Assembly: GCA_965202625.1 (NCBI GenBank)
Contig: CBDBBI010000010.1
Location: 1,280,001 to 1,344,000, forward strand
Reading direction: 5' to 3'
Length of the DNA: 64,000 bases
Source of the DNA: a bacterium
Lineage (GTDB): Bacteria; UBA8248
Shown here: positions 40,750 to 50,910 of the stretch, piece after piece
Layout: every line of letters starts with the position of its first letter
How positions within the stretch are numbered: the stretch's first letter is position 1
The notes under the pieces: generated by a model
Told to the model about the DNA's origin: nothing
Databases searched by the model: none
What the model saw: the letters and a program-made list of their open reading frames with translations, nothing else
Program-made: the position numbers and the translations under genes

Positions 40750-42015
40750 CTATGCCGCTCCGCACCAGTCCAGGATAGAGATCGCCAGCGTTTTCGTCGC
40801 GTCGATCACGTCTTCCACGGCTACCCACTCGTTGTTCGCGTGCATCTGGGTGGTCGGCCCCGGACCAAAAATGACCGTCGGTATGTCGAAGCCGTTCAAA
40901 AAGCGCGTGTCCGCCGCTCCTTGGCGGCCGGATATCTCAGGCGTCTTGCCCGATACTTCCTCGTAGGCGTTCGCTACTGTCTTGACGATGGGGTGTTCGG
41001 GGTCGACCGCGGCCGATTCGGCGTAATACCCCACGAAACGCACCTCTGGCGGACGTCGCTTCATCCACGGATCAGCCTCCGCCGCCCGCGCCACCTGTTC
41101 GACCAGGCTCTGCTTGGCAGCGTCATGATCCTCGCCGGGCACAGTGGCGAGACTGCCCTTGAGCACGCAGGTATCAGGGAAAGCACTCGGAAAACTCCCC
41201 GCCTCCATCGAGCCGATCATACAGGGAATCGCGTCGATCATTTTGGGATAAAGCGGATGGGATATCGTCTCCAAGCGCTTTTTCTCGAGCCCCGCTACGG
41301 CCTGGACGATCTTGTAGCCCAAGTTGATGGCGTTCACACCCTCATACCTGCGCTGAATTCCCGCCGCTTTTCCTTTCACCAATATCTCAAACCATATCCT
41401 GCCGATGCAGCCGGGCTGGATGGCGTTTCCGCTCGTCTCGCAGCATATCCCCGCATCCGCCGTATAGCCGCGCAAAATGGTGTCGAGCGTGCCGTGCCCG
41501 CTCAACTCCTCATCGACCACAAAATCAAGGATGAGATCGCCCTTGGGCTTCAGCCCTGCCGCCATGAAGCATTTCGTCGCCATGATGATGGCCGCCACTC
41601 CGCTTTTCATGTCCGAAGCACCGCGCCCGTACAAGCGCCCATCCGCGATGTCCGCAGAGAGCGGCCCGTGCTCCCATGCGTCATCCGGACCATGGGGAAC
41701 AGTATCGGTGTGGCCGTTGAGCAAGAGCGACCTGCCCCCGCCCGTCCCCTTGAGCACGGCGACTACGTTCGGTCTTCCCTCATAGCCTCTGGTGACAGGC
41801 ACGTATTCAGGATGCTTTTTCAGCTCCTCCCAATCCGATTCCCAGACGTCCGCTTCCAAACCCATCTCGCGCAGGAGGTCCGCGATATGGTTCTGAATCT
41901 CTCCCTCATCTCCTGTCACGCTCGGTATCTGGACGAGTTTCGAGAGCAAGGCGACGATCTCGTCTCGGTGGGCGTTGACTTGCGTCAAGAGCCTTTTCTT
42001 GTGCTCAGCGCTCAT
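40750..42015 (-). CDS. ArgE/DapE-family (M20) deacylase
   Basis: LLNGHTDTVP, GRGASDMKSG, VDEE, FGPG...H...E. Confidence 0.92.
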   Translation of the reverse strand: MSAEHKKRLLTQVNAHRDEIVALLSKLVQIPSVTGDEGEIQNHIADLLREMGLEADVWESDWEELKKHPEYVPVTRGYEGRPNVVAVLKGTGGGRSLLLNGHTDTVPHGPDDAWEHGPLSADIADGRLYGRGASDMKSGVAAIIMATKCFMAAGLKPKGDLILDFVVDEELSGHGTLDTILRGYTADAGICCETSGNAIQPGCIGRIWFEILVKGKAAGIQRRYEGVNAINLGYKIVQAVAGLEKKRLETISHPLYPKMIDAIPCMIGSMEAGSFPSAFPDTCVLKGSLATVPGEDHDAAKQSLVEQVARAAEADPWMKRRPPEVRFVGYYAESAAVDPEHPIVKTVANAYEEVSGKTPEISGRQGAADTRFLNGFDIPTVIFGPGPTTQMHANNEWVAVEDVIDATKTLAISILDWCGAA

Positions 42016-42030
42016 GGCGACTCCATGCGT

Positions 42031-42804
42031 TCACGCGGTATAGACCTTGTCTGGATCCAAATGGCGAAGCGCGGCGAGTTCCTCCTTCATGGGAGGCTCC
42101 GTAGTGGGAGTGGACGGGTTGATGATGAGCGCAAAACCCGTATTCTCCTGCACTTGCTCCGCCGTGACGCCCGGGTGCAAGGCGTCAACGCGCATCCGGC
42201 CCGTCTCGTCGTCAAAACCCAAAAGCGCCAAGTCCGTGACCACACGGTAGGTGCCGCCGGCTATCAAGCCGGAATCGCGCCTTGAGGTTCCGCCTCTGAG
42301 GTAGCCCGGGCTGGTGATGAAATCCACGTTCTCCACGAAACGGCGCTTTTCTTGTGGCATCGCCACAATCATCTTCGTGAGACTCGAAATATCATTTCCT
42401 CCGCCCGTGCCGGGCAATCTCACAGAGGGATCGTCCGCTCTTCCGATGAAAGAGCTATTCAAGTTGCCGTATTGATCGATCTGGGCACCCCCCATGAAGC
42501 CCACGTCCACATACCCTCGCTGAAGCAGAAGCAGCACCTCCGTGATGCTCACCAGCATGTTCGCCTTGCGGGTACAGCGCTGCTCGTTCGTAGTAGGCGG
42601 AAGCTCGCCCGGCACGACGTGCGGGCCAATGGTGCCGCCCTCGAAAAGAATCGTCACGCCCGGGGCGTGCAGTCGCTGGGCCAGCGTGGCGGCCAGCAGC
42701 GGAATCCCCACGCCCGCGAAAACTACCTGACCATCCTCAAGCGCGCGGGCGCTCATGACGCACAAAAGCTCGGACGCCGTGAAATCTCTCGTCTCAATCG
42801 TCAT
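42031..42804 (-). CDS. Family I CoA-transferase subunit B (GctB/PcaJ-like)
   Basis: FAGVGIP, LFEGG catalytic Glu, GGAQIDQYGNLN, RLPGTGGGND. Confidence 0.9.
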   Translation of the reverse strand: MTIETRDFTASELLCVMSARALEDGQVVFAGVGIPLLAATLAQRLHAPGVTILFEGGTIGPHVVPGELPPTTNEQRCTRKANMLVSITEVLLLLQRGYVDVGFMGGAQIDQYGNLNSSFIGRADDPSVRLPGTGGGNDISSLTKMIVAMPQEKRRFVENVDFITSPGYLRGGTSRRDSGLIAGGTYRVVTDLALLGFDDETGRMRVDALHPGVTAEQVQENTGFALIINPSTPTTEPPMKEELAALRHLDPDKVYTA

Positions 42805-43747
42805 AGATGCTCCTCCCCCGGCGCGCCGCGTCCAAAAGCGCCTCCAGGCCGATGCGCTCCAGGTATTCCGTCCAGCTCCCAGGCCCGTAATAGTATTCGT
42901 CCAGATACGCCCTCACGCCCGTCATCGGCTCTTTTCGCGTGCGTTCCGCGTAGTCGTCCATATGTGAAAACAACGGCTCATATACGCCGTAGCACTCGTG
43001 CGGTGCGCAACCGTAGGGTGCCTCCACCACCGCGTCGACGGTGAAAAAAGGGATTTTGGTGTGATCGGGAGCCCGCCTGATCTGCGCATTCGAGATAATT
43101 CTCTCGGTGGTGATGATGACGCGGTTCGCCGCCATCGCCATGTCGACGTCCATGAACGTGAGACCGTCCAGCTGCGCGTTGCCGTAAGGATCGCATCGCT
43201 GGACGTGAATCAGTGCGACGTCGGGATTCAGCGCCGGCACCAAAAGAATTTTCTCTCCCGTGAAGGGACAGATCATTTCCTCCAGATTATCAAGCTGGCC
43301 GGCCACGTCCGACCCCATCATGGAGCGCATCGGCATGAAGGGGACGCCCATGGCGCCCGCCCTGTATCTCAGACCAATCGACATATGGCTCCATTCCTCG
43401 AAACGGGCCAGGTTGTTTTCGGTAAAATGCCGCATCACGCGCGAAACGCCCCAGACGATCCCCTGGCTGAACCAGCTTGTGAGAATGTGACTCCCAAGGC
43501 CAGAGGCGAAGATGAGGTCCCCCTCGGTGGAGACGATGCTCCGGGAGAAAGAAAGTTCCTTCCTCCTCGCGCGAATCAACGCCCATATCATAGCGAACGG
43601 GGTTCTCGAAGCCGTCGAGCCGCCCAGGCTAACGTGGTCGCCGTCGCTCACGAAATCGCAGGCACTCTCAAGCGTCATCACCTTCTCTCTAAGGCTGCGA
43701 TCCCTCGACTGCGTTCGCTCTCTAAGCGAAAGATAGCCTTGCGTCAC
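42794..43747 (-). CDS. Family I CoA-transferase subunit A (GctA/PcaI-like)
   Basis: RAGAMGVPFMP, CPFTGE, PALNPDVALIHVQRCDPYGN, VEAPYGCAP. Confidence 0.9.
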   Translation of the reverse strand: MTQGYLSLRERTQSRDRSLREKVMTLESACDFVSDGDHVSLGGSTASRTPFAMIWALIRARRKELSFSRSIVSTEGDLIFASGLGSHILTSWFSQGIVWGVSRVMRHFTENNLARFEEWSHMSIGLRYRAGAMGVPFMPMRSMMGSDVAGQLDNLEEMICPFTGEKILLVPALNPDVALIHVQRCDPYGNAQLDGLTFMDVDMAMAANRVIITTERIISNAQIRRAPDHTKIPFFTVDAVVEAPYGCAPHECYGVYEPLFSHMDDYAERTRKEPMTGVRAYLDEYYYGPGSWTEYLERIGLEALLDAARRGRSIYDD

Positions 43748-44156
43748 GTTCTCTCTCCACTACGCAAAAAACCCAGGGGTTCCCATCCCCAGGAATTCCC
43801 TGAAACACCCAGGTCGGTCGTCATGGAAAAGTCGAATAGCTCATTCGTAGACTAAACGCAACACGCCAGATCCGCAACGGAAAAAACGGAAACCGAACCA
43901 TTTCACGGCATCCCGAAAAAGGAGGGAGCGAGGAGCATCCCGTCAAAACACGCAATAAAATACCGTATGCCCCGAGCAACCGCTTGGCGAGGTTTGTTTT
44001 GTATGTTGCATTTACGGCAATTCGAATACTTCTATTACGTGGCGAAACATAGCGGCTTGCAAGGCGGCCTGGCGCATGGAGGGTCACGTGGTGAAAATCG
44101 ACCTGGACGCCGCCCGCAAGGTGAAGCGCGACCAGATGCGCGCCGAGGGTGCTGAG

Positions 44157-44257
44157 GACGCCCTCGCCGCCATCACGCTCGACGACCTGCTTTGAACGAC
44201 TTTTGCAACGCCCTTGCACGGCCTTTTTCTGAGCCGTTTACGCACCGAAAAACGGCC
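44157..44257 (+). repeat. Dispersed direct repeat, copy B (pairs with 26264-26364)
   Basis: Same orientation as copy A; it forms the 3' end of a short remnant frame VVKIDLDAARKVKRDQMRAEGAEDALAAITLDDLL-stop. Confidence 0.9.
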
Positions 44258-44336
44258 TTTTTCCAGGCCATTCGCAATGATTTTTTTTGGCTGCATACGT
44301 CCTGCGTGAAGCACTCCCGCTGGCGCACAGCGAAAC

Positions 44337-45719
44337 CTAAAGGCGAACTCCCGCGCTCCGCAGTATGCCCCGCACGCGCTCTCTCTGGGCATCCGGTATA
44401 TGGAGCCGCTCCGCGAAATCGCGGCCCGAGGGCTTCGTGGCGTCAATCCCCACCTTCGTCAGGGTGTGGCTCTTGGGGTCTGAGGTCGGGTCCAGGATGG
44501 CGCCCATCGCTCCGTGGATGAAGTTGACGTCCTTGTCCGCTCGCGTTCTCGTAATGACTGCCCAGGCGACGTCCGAAAGGTTGAATATGTCCACGTCTCG
44601 GTCCACGACCACCACGCATTTGCAGTAAAACTCGGTTCCCAACGCCGCCATGATGGCTTGCTGCGGCTGGCCTTCCGCCGTCTTTTGCATCTGAACGATC
44701 GCCAAAAACGCGCCCGCCGTGTTCGAGGGGACGTGCACCGCTGATACGCTCGGCAGGTTGCGCCGCAGCGTGTTGAGAATTTCCGCCTCTCGACTGACGC
44801 AGGAGATCAGGATATGGTCAGCCGACATGCCCGAAGCCACGCTGTGAAGCATGGCGTCTCGCCTCATCTGTACGCGATTCACGAGAAACACGTTTTGCGT
44901 GCTTCGGTAGGACGCATAGCCCGTGAACTCGCCAAAGGGGCCTTCGGGTTCGCGCGCATCGGCGAGAATCTCACCCTCCAGCACGATCTCCGCCCCCGCC
45001 GGCACCTCCAGCTCCGCGGTGGCACACCTGGCGACGCGATAAGGCTCGCCGAACAAGGCGCCGATCACCTCGTATTTCCGCACCCCCGGGGGGTAGTGAT
45101 AGGCCATCGAGCCCATGTAGTGCACCGGATGAACGCCGATGACGATAGCTGCGGACAAAGCATTTCCCGCATCCTCCGCCTTTTTGTGAAAATGATACAT
45201 GCGCCGTCTCGAGTGCAGGGAGACGCCGAGCCTGTTCTTTCCCTTCAGCTGCAAGCGATGAAAACCCGTGGTGTCCACGCCCGTCTCGGGGTCTCGCGCC
45301 ACGATTTGTCCTGCCGTGATATAGGGGGCCGCGTCTATCGGAAAATGAAAGGGGATGGGCAGTTTGCGGAGATCCACCTCCTCCCCCTCCAGAACGATCT
45401 CCCGCCAAGGCGCCTCGTCCACCACCTCCGCGGGCCGATAGTTCTGGCATCGGTCCTTATACGCCGTAGGCAAATCGCCCGGCGCCACGCCGAGGCACGC
45501 CGCCAGGAGTTTGCGATTCGCAGCGGTGTTGGTGACGACAGAACCCTTGAATCCCTCCACGCACTCGAAGATGATGACGGGATATCTGCCAGCACGCTCG
45601 AACTCAAAGACCGCCGGCGTGATGTCTTCTCTGCTGACGGGCTCCTGAATGCGCACGAAATCTGCGGAGTGGTTTTTCTCCACCATCTCCAGGAAGCCGC
45701 GCAGACTCTGGTCGCCCAT
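44337..45719 (-). CDS. UbiD-family (prFMN) decarboxylase
   Basis: DAAPYITAG, GFHRLQ, VPAGAEIVLEG, EGPFGEFTGY, VVVVDRDVD, KVGIDATKP. Confidence 0.93.
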   Translation of the reverse strand: MGDQSLRGFLEMVEKNHSADFVRIQEPVSREDITPAVFEFERAGRYPVIIFECVEGFKGSVVTNTAANRKLLAACLGVAPGDLPTAYKDRCQNYRPAEVVDEAPWREIVLEGEEVDLRKLPIPFHFPIDAAPYITAGQIVARDPETGVDTTGFHRLQLKGKNRLGVSLHSRRRMYHFHKKAEDAGNALSAAIVIGVHPVHYMGSMAYHYPPGVRKYEVIGALFGEPYRVARCATAELEVPAGAEIVLEGEILADAREPEGPFGEFTGYASYRSTQNVFLVNRVQMRRDAMLHSVASGMSADHILISCVSREAEILNTLRRNLPSVSAVHVPSNTAGAFLAIVQMQKTAEGQPQQAIMAALGTEFYCKCVVVVDRDVDIFNLSDVAWAVITRTRADKDVNFIHGAMGAILDPTSDPKSHTLTKVGIDATKPSGRDFAERLHIPDAQRERVRGILRSAGVRL

Positions 45720-45734
45720 GCCGCGCTCTTTTCC

Positions 45735-46526
45735 CTATCTGGACCAGGAGCCGCGGTCCTTATAGGGACGCGCAAGCGGCGGCAGGGGCGGAGCGTCATC
45801 TCGGGATGGTTTCTCGTCCCAGAATTCAATCGCGATGACGCGGGCGGGCGCGCCCTCGGTATCCTTGAGCTTCACCGCGCCCGTCACGAGCAAGACGCGA
45901 TCCTTCTGAATGGCGCCCATGTTGGTGCACCACTCGATGAGACAGATCCCGCGCTCTAAAAACTTGACGTGATTGGGACTCCAGTCCGGAGCGGGCCATT
46001 TCCGCTCCTCTGGCGGATGAAGGGGCGAGTCGCACGTCATGAAATCCTGCACGAGTGCCTTGATTCCCTTCTCAATGAGCCAGTCGGCCGCATCGGTGGA
46101 CAAATAGACCATGCGCTCCCAAAAATCGCGCGATCCCCACATGCGATCGGTCCATTCCGTGCTGACGATGGCGATGTCCCCGGGGCGCACCTCTACGCCC
46201 GCAGCCTCAAGGTCTTCAGCCGTCACGGCCTCGGAGTCGCCCTTGCCCGGCACCCTCAACACGCAGGCGTCTCCGCATACGTGATCGAGCGGTACCTCGT
46301 CGTTCTTCAGCCCGTCGTGAAAAAAATGATAGGGGGCGTCGTAGTGCGTGTAGCTCTGCGTGGTAGTGGTGAAACCAAAATTGCAGATGTGGTCCACGTC
46401 CAGCGTCGCTATAGGGGTGATGGTCGTGCCCGGGGCCGGCTTGTCATAGATCTCATCGCGGGGAAATTGAACGTAGGTGTCCTTCGGGTCGACGGTGAGC
46501 GTGAGATCGACAAAGCGATACGGCAT
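45735..46526 (-). CDS. Cyclase / kynurenine formamidase-family metallohydrolase with a variant motif
   Basis: FVDLT, QSYTHYDAPYHF, DAADWL, IEWCTN, EGAPARVIA. Confidence 0.85.
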   Translation of the reverse strand: MPYRFVDLTLTVDPKDTYVQFPRDEIYDKPAPGTTITPIATLDVDHICNFGFTTTTQSYTHYDAPYHFFHDGLKNDEVPLDHVCGDACVLRVPGKGDSEAVTAEDLEAAGVEVRPGDIAIVSTEWTDRMWGSRDFWERMVYLSTDAADWLIEKGIKALVQDFMTCDSPLHPPEERKWPAPDWSPNHVKFLERGICLIEWCTNMGAIQKDRVLLVTGAVKLKDTEGAPARVIAIEFWDEKPSRDDAPPLPPLARPYKDRGSWSR

Positions 46527-46627
46527 GATTTCCTCCTTTTTCGGCACAACCATACTCTGAACCATGAAGGCTGAAACCCCATCTCCCGCCGACCATCAAA
46601 AGACGGGCGGCGGGAGCGGAGCGCTCG

Positions 46628-47605
46628 CTAATTCCAGCCCTTTTCCTTGCAATAGCGGGCCGCACCCCCATGAAGCGGAAGGCCCATCTGCGACTCTTTG
46701 CAGCCTGTCTTCGCCGGGTCAAAGTTCTTCAGTCCCTTGTGTCCCGCCCTGAGATCGTCAACGTTGTCGAGCAACGCTTTCACGATCTTGTAGGCCGTGT
46801 TGTTGTCCATGGCAGTGGAGGCGATGACTGCGGTTGTGAAGCCGAACGTATTCCTCGACTTCGTTTGTCCCGGAAACGTGCCTGCCGGCATAGTGGCCTT
46901 CAGGAAACCAATGCCCAGGAGTTTGTCACGGAATTCATCGGCGACATCCAGGAACTTCAGTTTTTTCTGCACCGCAATCGAGGTGAGCGCCGGATGGCCC
47001 GCGTTCACGGTATGGCTCAGCATGTCGGCTTGGCCGTCCTTCATCCGGCTTTTGATCGCGCCAAAACCCGTATGGGTGACCGAACCGCCCATCTTCTTGA
47101 TCTGCGCATAGGTGATGCCGTGCGCCTCGAGCATGGCGCGCGTGGCCCACTGGCCCAGCCCTCCGCGCGGAACCGTCACGTAGTTCACCGGAACACTCTT
47201 GAGGTCGTTGATGCCGTTCACCTTGGGGTTCGTGGTGACGATACCCAGATAGTATTGGTCCAACCCCCCTATCAGCCCGCGCAGGTTCTTGTAGGGCTTC
47301 TTGTAAGCCACTTTGCCCTGATACCCCCAAGCCGCCGCCACGCTGAACGTGAGCGCCATGTTGAATTTGCCGGTGCCGACGTTGATGGGGTTGCCCACGC
47401 CGCCGCCCTTTGAGAGAGCGTCAATCTGAACGTCCATCTTCGCGTTGTTCACGATGTTCGCCATAGTGGCCGAGTACACGTGCCAGCCACTGCCCTTTCG
47501 CCAACTGCCCATGGTGAGGCGGCTAGCCGCTTCCGCCTGAGCGACCACGAATACGCCGATGGCCACCCCAAGAACAAACCCTGTATTCCATGATGTGCGC
47601 TTCAT
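46628..47605 (-). CDS. TAXI-family TRAP transporter solute-binding protein
   Basis: Signal peptide, GGGVGNP, AYKIVKAL, C-terminal PLHGGAARY. Confidence 0.88.
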   Translation of the reverse strand: MKRTSWNTGFVLGVAIGVFVVAQAEAASRLTMGSWRKGSGWHVYSATMANIVNNAKMDVQIDALSKGGGVGNPINVGTGKFNMALTFSVAAAWGYQGKVAYKKPYKNLRGLIGGLDQYYLGIVTTNPKVNGINDLKSVPVNYVTVPRGGLGQWATRAMLEAHGITYAQIKKMGGSVTHTGFGAIKSRMKDGQADMLSHTVNAGHPALTSIAVQKKLKFLDVADEFRDKLLGIGFLKATMPAGTFPGQTKSRNTFGFTTAVIASTAMDNNTAYKIVKALLDNVDDLRAGHKGLKNFDPAKTGCKESQMGLPLHGGAARYCKEKGWN

Positions 47606-47666
47606 GTCGAAAAACTCCTCTCTTGGGAAAAAACAAGCATGTTTCCGCCGCTCATGTAGTTTCTGC

Positions 47667-49538
47667 TTACGAAGCCGAGCCCGCCGAACCCACGGCGAGG
47701 GCGCTTCTCCTCGCGCGCGAGAGATGGTTCCAGAAAAAAACGACCAAAAAAACGGTCCCGATAACGTCCGTCCACTTCTCGGGAACGATCAGCCCCAGGG
47801 AGCAGACAAAATACACTCCCCGCTCCCAGCCCGCCAGAGGGAGCGATATATGGCCGGTGATCGCCGCAGCCAAGGCCGCCACCCCGATGATGCAGGTGAG
47901 CGATACCCAGAGCGTCTCGCCGATTGCACCGATGAACAACATGGATGGATTATGCACGAACGCGAGGGGAACGAGGAAACCCGCCAGAGACAACTGAAAC
48001 GCCTTCCATCCTGTGGCGGTCAAATCCGATTCCGCGACGCCCGAGGCGACGTAGGCCGAGAGGGCCACGGGCGGCGTCAGCATGGAGAGGATGGCGAAAT
48101 AGTAGATGAACATGTGCGCCGCCAGAATGGGGAGCCCCAGTTTGGAGAGGGCGGGCCCCAAAAGCGTGCCCGCCATGATGTAGGCGGCGGCCGTGGGCAT
48201 GCCCATACCCATGATGATGCAGCCGAGAAGCGTCAAACCCAGCGCGGGGAGAATCATGCCGCCCGATATGTTGACGATGAGACCAGAGAATTTGAGACCG
48301 ATTCCTGTGTCGTCGACCACGCCGACCACGATGCCGGCGACCGCACAGGGAACCGCGACGGCGACAGTCATACGTCCTGCCTTCTCCAGAGATTCGAGTA
48401 TTTTCTCCACCCCCATGCGCGTCGTCTTGCGCGCCCAGCTCAGAATCACGACGCCGATGGCCGCCGACGTGGCCGACCACATCAGGGTAAAGCCAGCGAC
48501 CATGTAGCCCACGAGCAGGATGATCGGCAGGAGCAGAAGGCCACGCTCCAGAAGGATGCCCTTGAGTTCGGGCATTTCATCCTTGTCCAATCCTTTCAGG
48601 TTCAGCTTTTTCGCCTCCAGATCGACCATGAAAAACAAAGAGACGTAGTAGATGACCGCCGGAATGGCCGCCGCCCCCGCCACACGCAAATAAGGGGTGC
48701 CCGTCATGTCCGCCAGAATGAAGGCCCCGGCCCCCATAATGGGCGGCATGAGCTGCCCACCTGTGGAAGCCACCGCTTCCACCGCGCCGGCGTAATGGGG
48801 AGCGAAACCCATGCGCTTCATCAAAGGAATCGTGAAAATGCCGGTTCCCACGACGTTCGCCGTCGCGCTGCCGCTGATGGTTCCCATGAGGCTACTGCTC
48901 ACAATCGCCGCCTTGGCTGGACCGCCCCTGAATGCGCCGGTCAGGCGAATGGCCAGATCGATGAACATGCGCCCGCCGCCTGAGACCTCCAGTGCCGCCG
49001 AGAAGAGGATGAAATAGAACACAACCTCCGCGCTCACACCCAAAGGAACGCCCAGCAAGCCCTCCACGCTCAATATCTGAAATTCAATGAACGTAGGCAG
49101 CTCGATGAAGCGGTGACCTAACGCGCCTGGAATCAGGTGCCCCAGAAAATTGTAGAGAAGCGCCACGATGGCAACCGAGGTAACGCCCCATCCCAGATAA
49201 CGCCTCGACGCCTCGATGGTCAGCAGGACGTAGGCGAGGCCCAGGTAGATGTAGCGCGCAGGAACCTCATCCACATCGCGTATGCGTTCGTTCAGGAAAT
49301 TCCACTCCCACAGATACAGCAGCGCGATGCCCATGGCGACGATGGTCAGGGCGTAATCAACCACCCCGACCCGACCATCCCTGCGAAATGGTTTTGTGAG
49401 AAAGACGATCCCCAAGGCGAAGCTCAGATGAAGGGGCCTGGAGGTAAAAACGTGCAGCATTCCGAAGAAGGCCCAATAGAGCTGGGTGGCCGCCCAGATG
49501 ATGGCCAGCATGGAGACCGGACTCAAAAACCTTCTCAT
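47667..49538 (-). CDS. TRAP transporter fused 4TM/12TM permease
   Basis: GGPAKAAIVSS, SGSATANV, EAVASTGGQLMPPIMGAGAF, GMGMPTAAAY, TPPVAL. Confidence 0.93.
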   Translation of the reverse strand: MRRFLSPVSMLAIIWAATQLYWAFFGMLHVFTSRPLHLSFALGIVFLTKPFRRDGRVGVVDYALTIVAMGIALLYLWEWNFLNERIRDVDEVPARYIYLGLAYVLLTIEASRRYLGWGVTSVAIVALLYNFLGHLIPGALGHRFIELPTFIEFQILSVEGLLGVPLGVSAEVVFYFILFSAALEVSGGGRMFIDLAIRLTGAFRGGPAKAAIVSSSLMGTISGSATANVVGTGIFTIPLMKRMGFAPHYAGAVEAVASTGGQLMPPIMGAGAFILADMTGTPYLRVAGAAAIPAVIYYVSLFFMVDLEAKKLNLKGLDKDEMPELKGILLERGLLLLPIILLVGYMVAGFTLMWSATSAAIGVVILSWARKTTRMGVEKILESLEKAGRMTVAVAVPCAVAGIVVGVVDDTGIGLKFSGLIVNISGGMILPALGLTLLGCIIMGMGMPTAAAYIMAGTLLGPALSKLGLPILAAHMFIYYFAILSMLTPPVALSAYVASGVAESDLTATGWKAFQLSLAGFLVPLAFVHNPSMLFIGAIGETLWVSLTCIIGVAALAAAITGHISLPLAGWERGVYFVCSLGLIVPEKWTDVIGTVFLVVFFWNHLSRARRSALAVGSAGSAS

Positions 49539-49725
49539 CGAAACTCCGTCCCTTTTCATAGGGGCGTTTTCCTGAAAACGTGCGGGAAAGGGCAAAAAAT
49601 TACCGGCACGTTACGACCGCGCGTCCCCTATTCGTCGGGCTATCCCATCCACCCGCCATGAGGCGAGGAGGCATTTCCTGAATTTTTCCGTCCTCCATTC
49701 TCTCGCGTCTCCCCTTGCACGCGCG

Positions 49726-50910
49726 TCAAGCCGCCCACGGGCGCGTCGTGGTCTTCGTGAGGAGTTCGCATCCATCATCGGTCACGAGCACCATCTGCTC
49801 GATGTTCGTCCCACCCACTTCGGGCAGGACGAACTGCGGCTCCACGCAGAGCACCATGTTTCGCTCCAGAGTCATCTCGTTGTCCGGGCGGATGATGGGC
49901 GCCTCCACGGTTTCGAGTCCAATCCCATGTCCCGCCATGGGGAAGAGGTGCCATCCCGCGCCACTTGCGTTGTCATCCAGAAACCGACTTGCCGCCGTAT
50001 GGACGTCGCATGCCATGGCGCCGGCGCGAACGGCGCCCATCGCCGCTTCGGACGTCGCGATGGTCAACTCCAGCATCTCCGCCACCCCTTTCTCAAGCCG
50101 CTTGCCGGAAACTACGGCGGTGCGATTGACGTCGAACCCATAGCCTTCCACCGCGCCCACATAGTCGAAACGAATCAAATCGCCCGCCTCTAATTTTCTC
50201 TGCGTCGCCTGCGGCCAGCGCGACCCCCAACTCGCCCACGGCCCGCTGTGAACGCGGACGTAACGCACGAAATCAGCTCCTGCGCGCATCCCCGCCGCAT
50301 GGCCCTCCGCACACAAGTCGCTCTCGCGCACTCCGGGACAAATCGCCTCGAAAATGGCGGCATAGCCGGCCTCGACGATTCCCGCCGCACGTTTCAGATA
50401 GTGCACTTCGGTCTCGCTTTTCCTCGCCCGCAGCTGCTCTACCAGGGCATTTGCGTTCGAGAATCGCGCGTCGGGCAGTGCCGAGACGAGATCGATATAC
50501 ATCGTCGCCGGCATGATATCCTCTCCAGCGATCCCCACGTGTGCGCTTGCGGCCCCGAGACGCTCAATCTGATTCACGAGCGCCTCGGAAATGTTCGCCT
50601 CCACTCGCACCTGTTCGACGTGCACCATTTCGCGGCGATAGTTTCGATGATCCACGAAAAGCAGCGGTTCCCCATCAAGCGGCAAAACGAGCACCCCGTG
50701 CCCCATGCCGCGCACGGTTTCGCTGAACGCTCCCGGTGGAAACGGTGGAAAGTGGTTGGTGAGGTAGGTCAGGCTCCCCATGCGATCATAGAAGGAACGC
50801 CCGATGACGATGAGGACGTCAAGCCCCTGCACGCGCATGAGCCCGCGCGAATCGGAAATTCTCTTTCCAACCTCCTCTTTGGAGGCGCCCGTCCCATTCT
50901 TGAGGACCAT
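49726..50910 (-). CDS. M24-family (Xaa-Pro-like) metallopeptidase/amidohydrolase
   Basis: Creatinase-like N-domain, RARKS..E, full D/D/H/E/E ligand set (RFD, GFDVNRT, GHGIG, CVEP, NIEQ). Confidence 0.9.
   Translation of the reverse strand: MVLKNGTGASKEEVGKRISDSRGLMRVQGLDVLIVIGRSFYDRMGSLTYLTNHFPPFPPGAFSETVRGMGHGVLVLPLDGEPLLFVDHRNYRREMVHVEQVRVEANISEALVNQIERLGAASAHVGIAGEDIMPATMYIDLVSALPDARFSNANALVEQLRARKSETEVHYLKRAAGIVEAGYAAIFEAICPGVRESDLCAEGHAAGMRAGADFVRYVRVHSGPWASWGSRWPQATQRKLEAGDLIRFDYVGAVEGYGFDVNRTAVVSGKRLEKGVAEMLELTIATSEAAMGAVRAGAMACDVHTAASRFLDDNASGAGWHLFPMAGHGIGLETVEAPIIRPDNEMTLERNMVLCVEPQFVLPEVGGTNIEQMVLVTDDGCELLTKTTTRPWAA

Noticed and set aside
43833-43847. Palindrome CGAAT-N5-ATTCG upstream of the CoA-transferase operon
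   Set aside because: It may be an operator, but 5-bp arms can occur by chance and no regulator is present.
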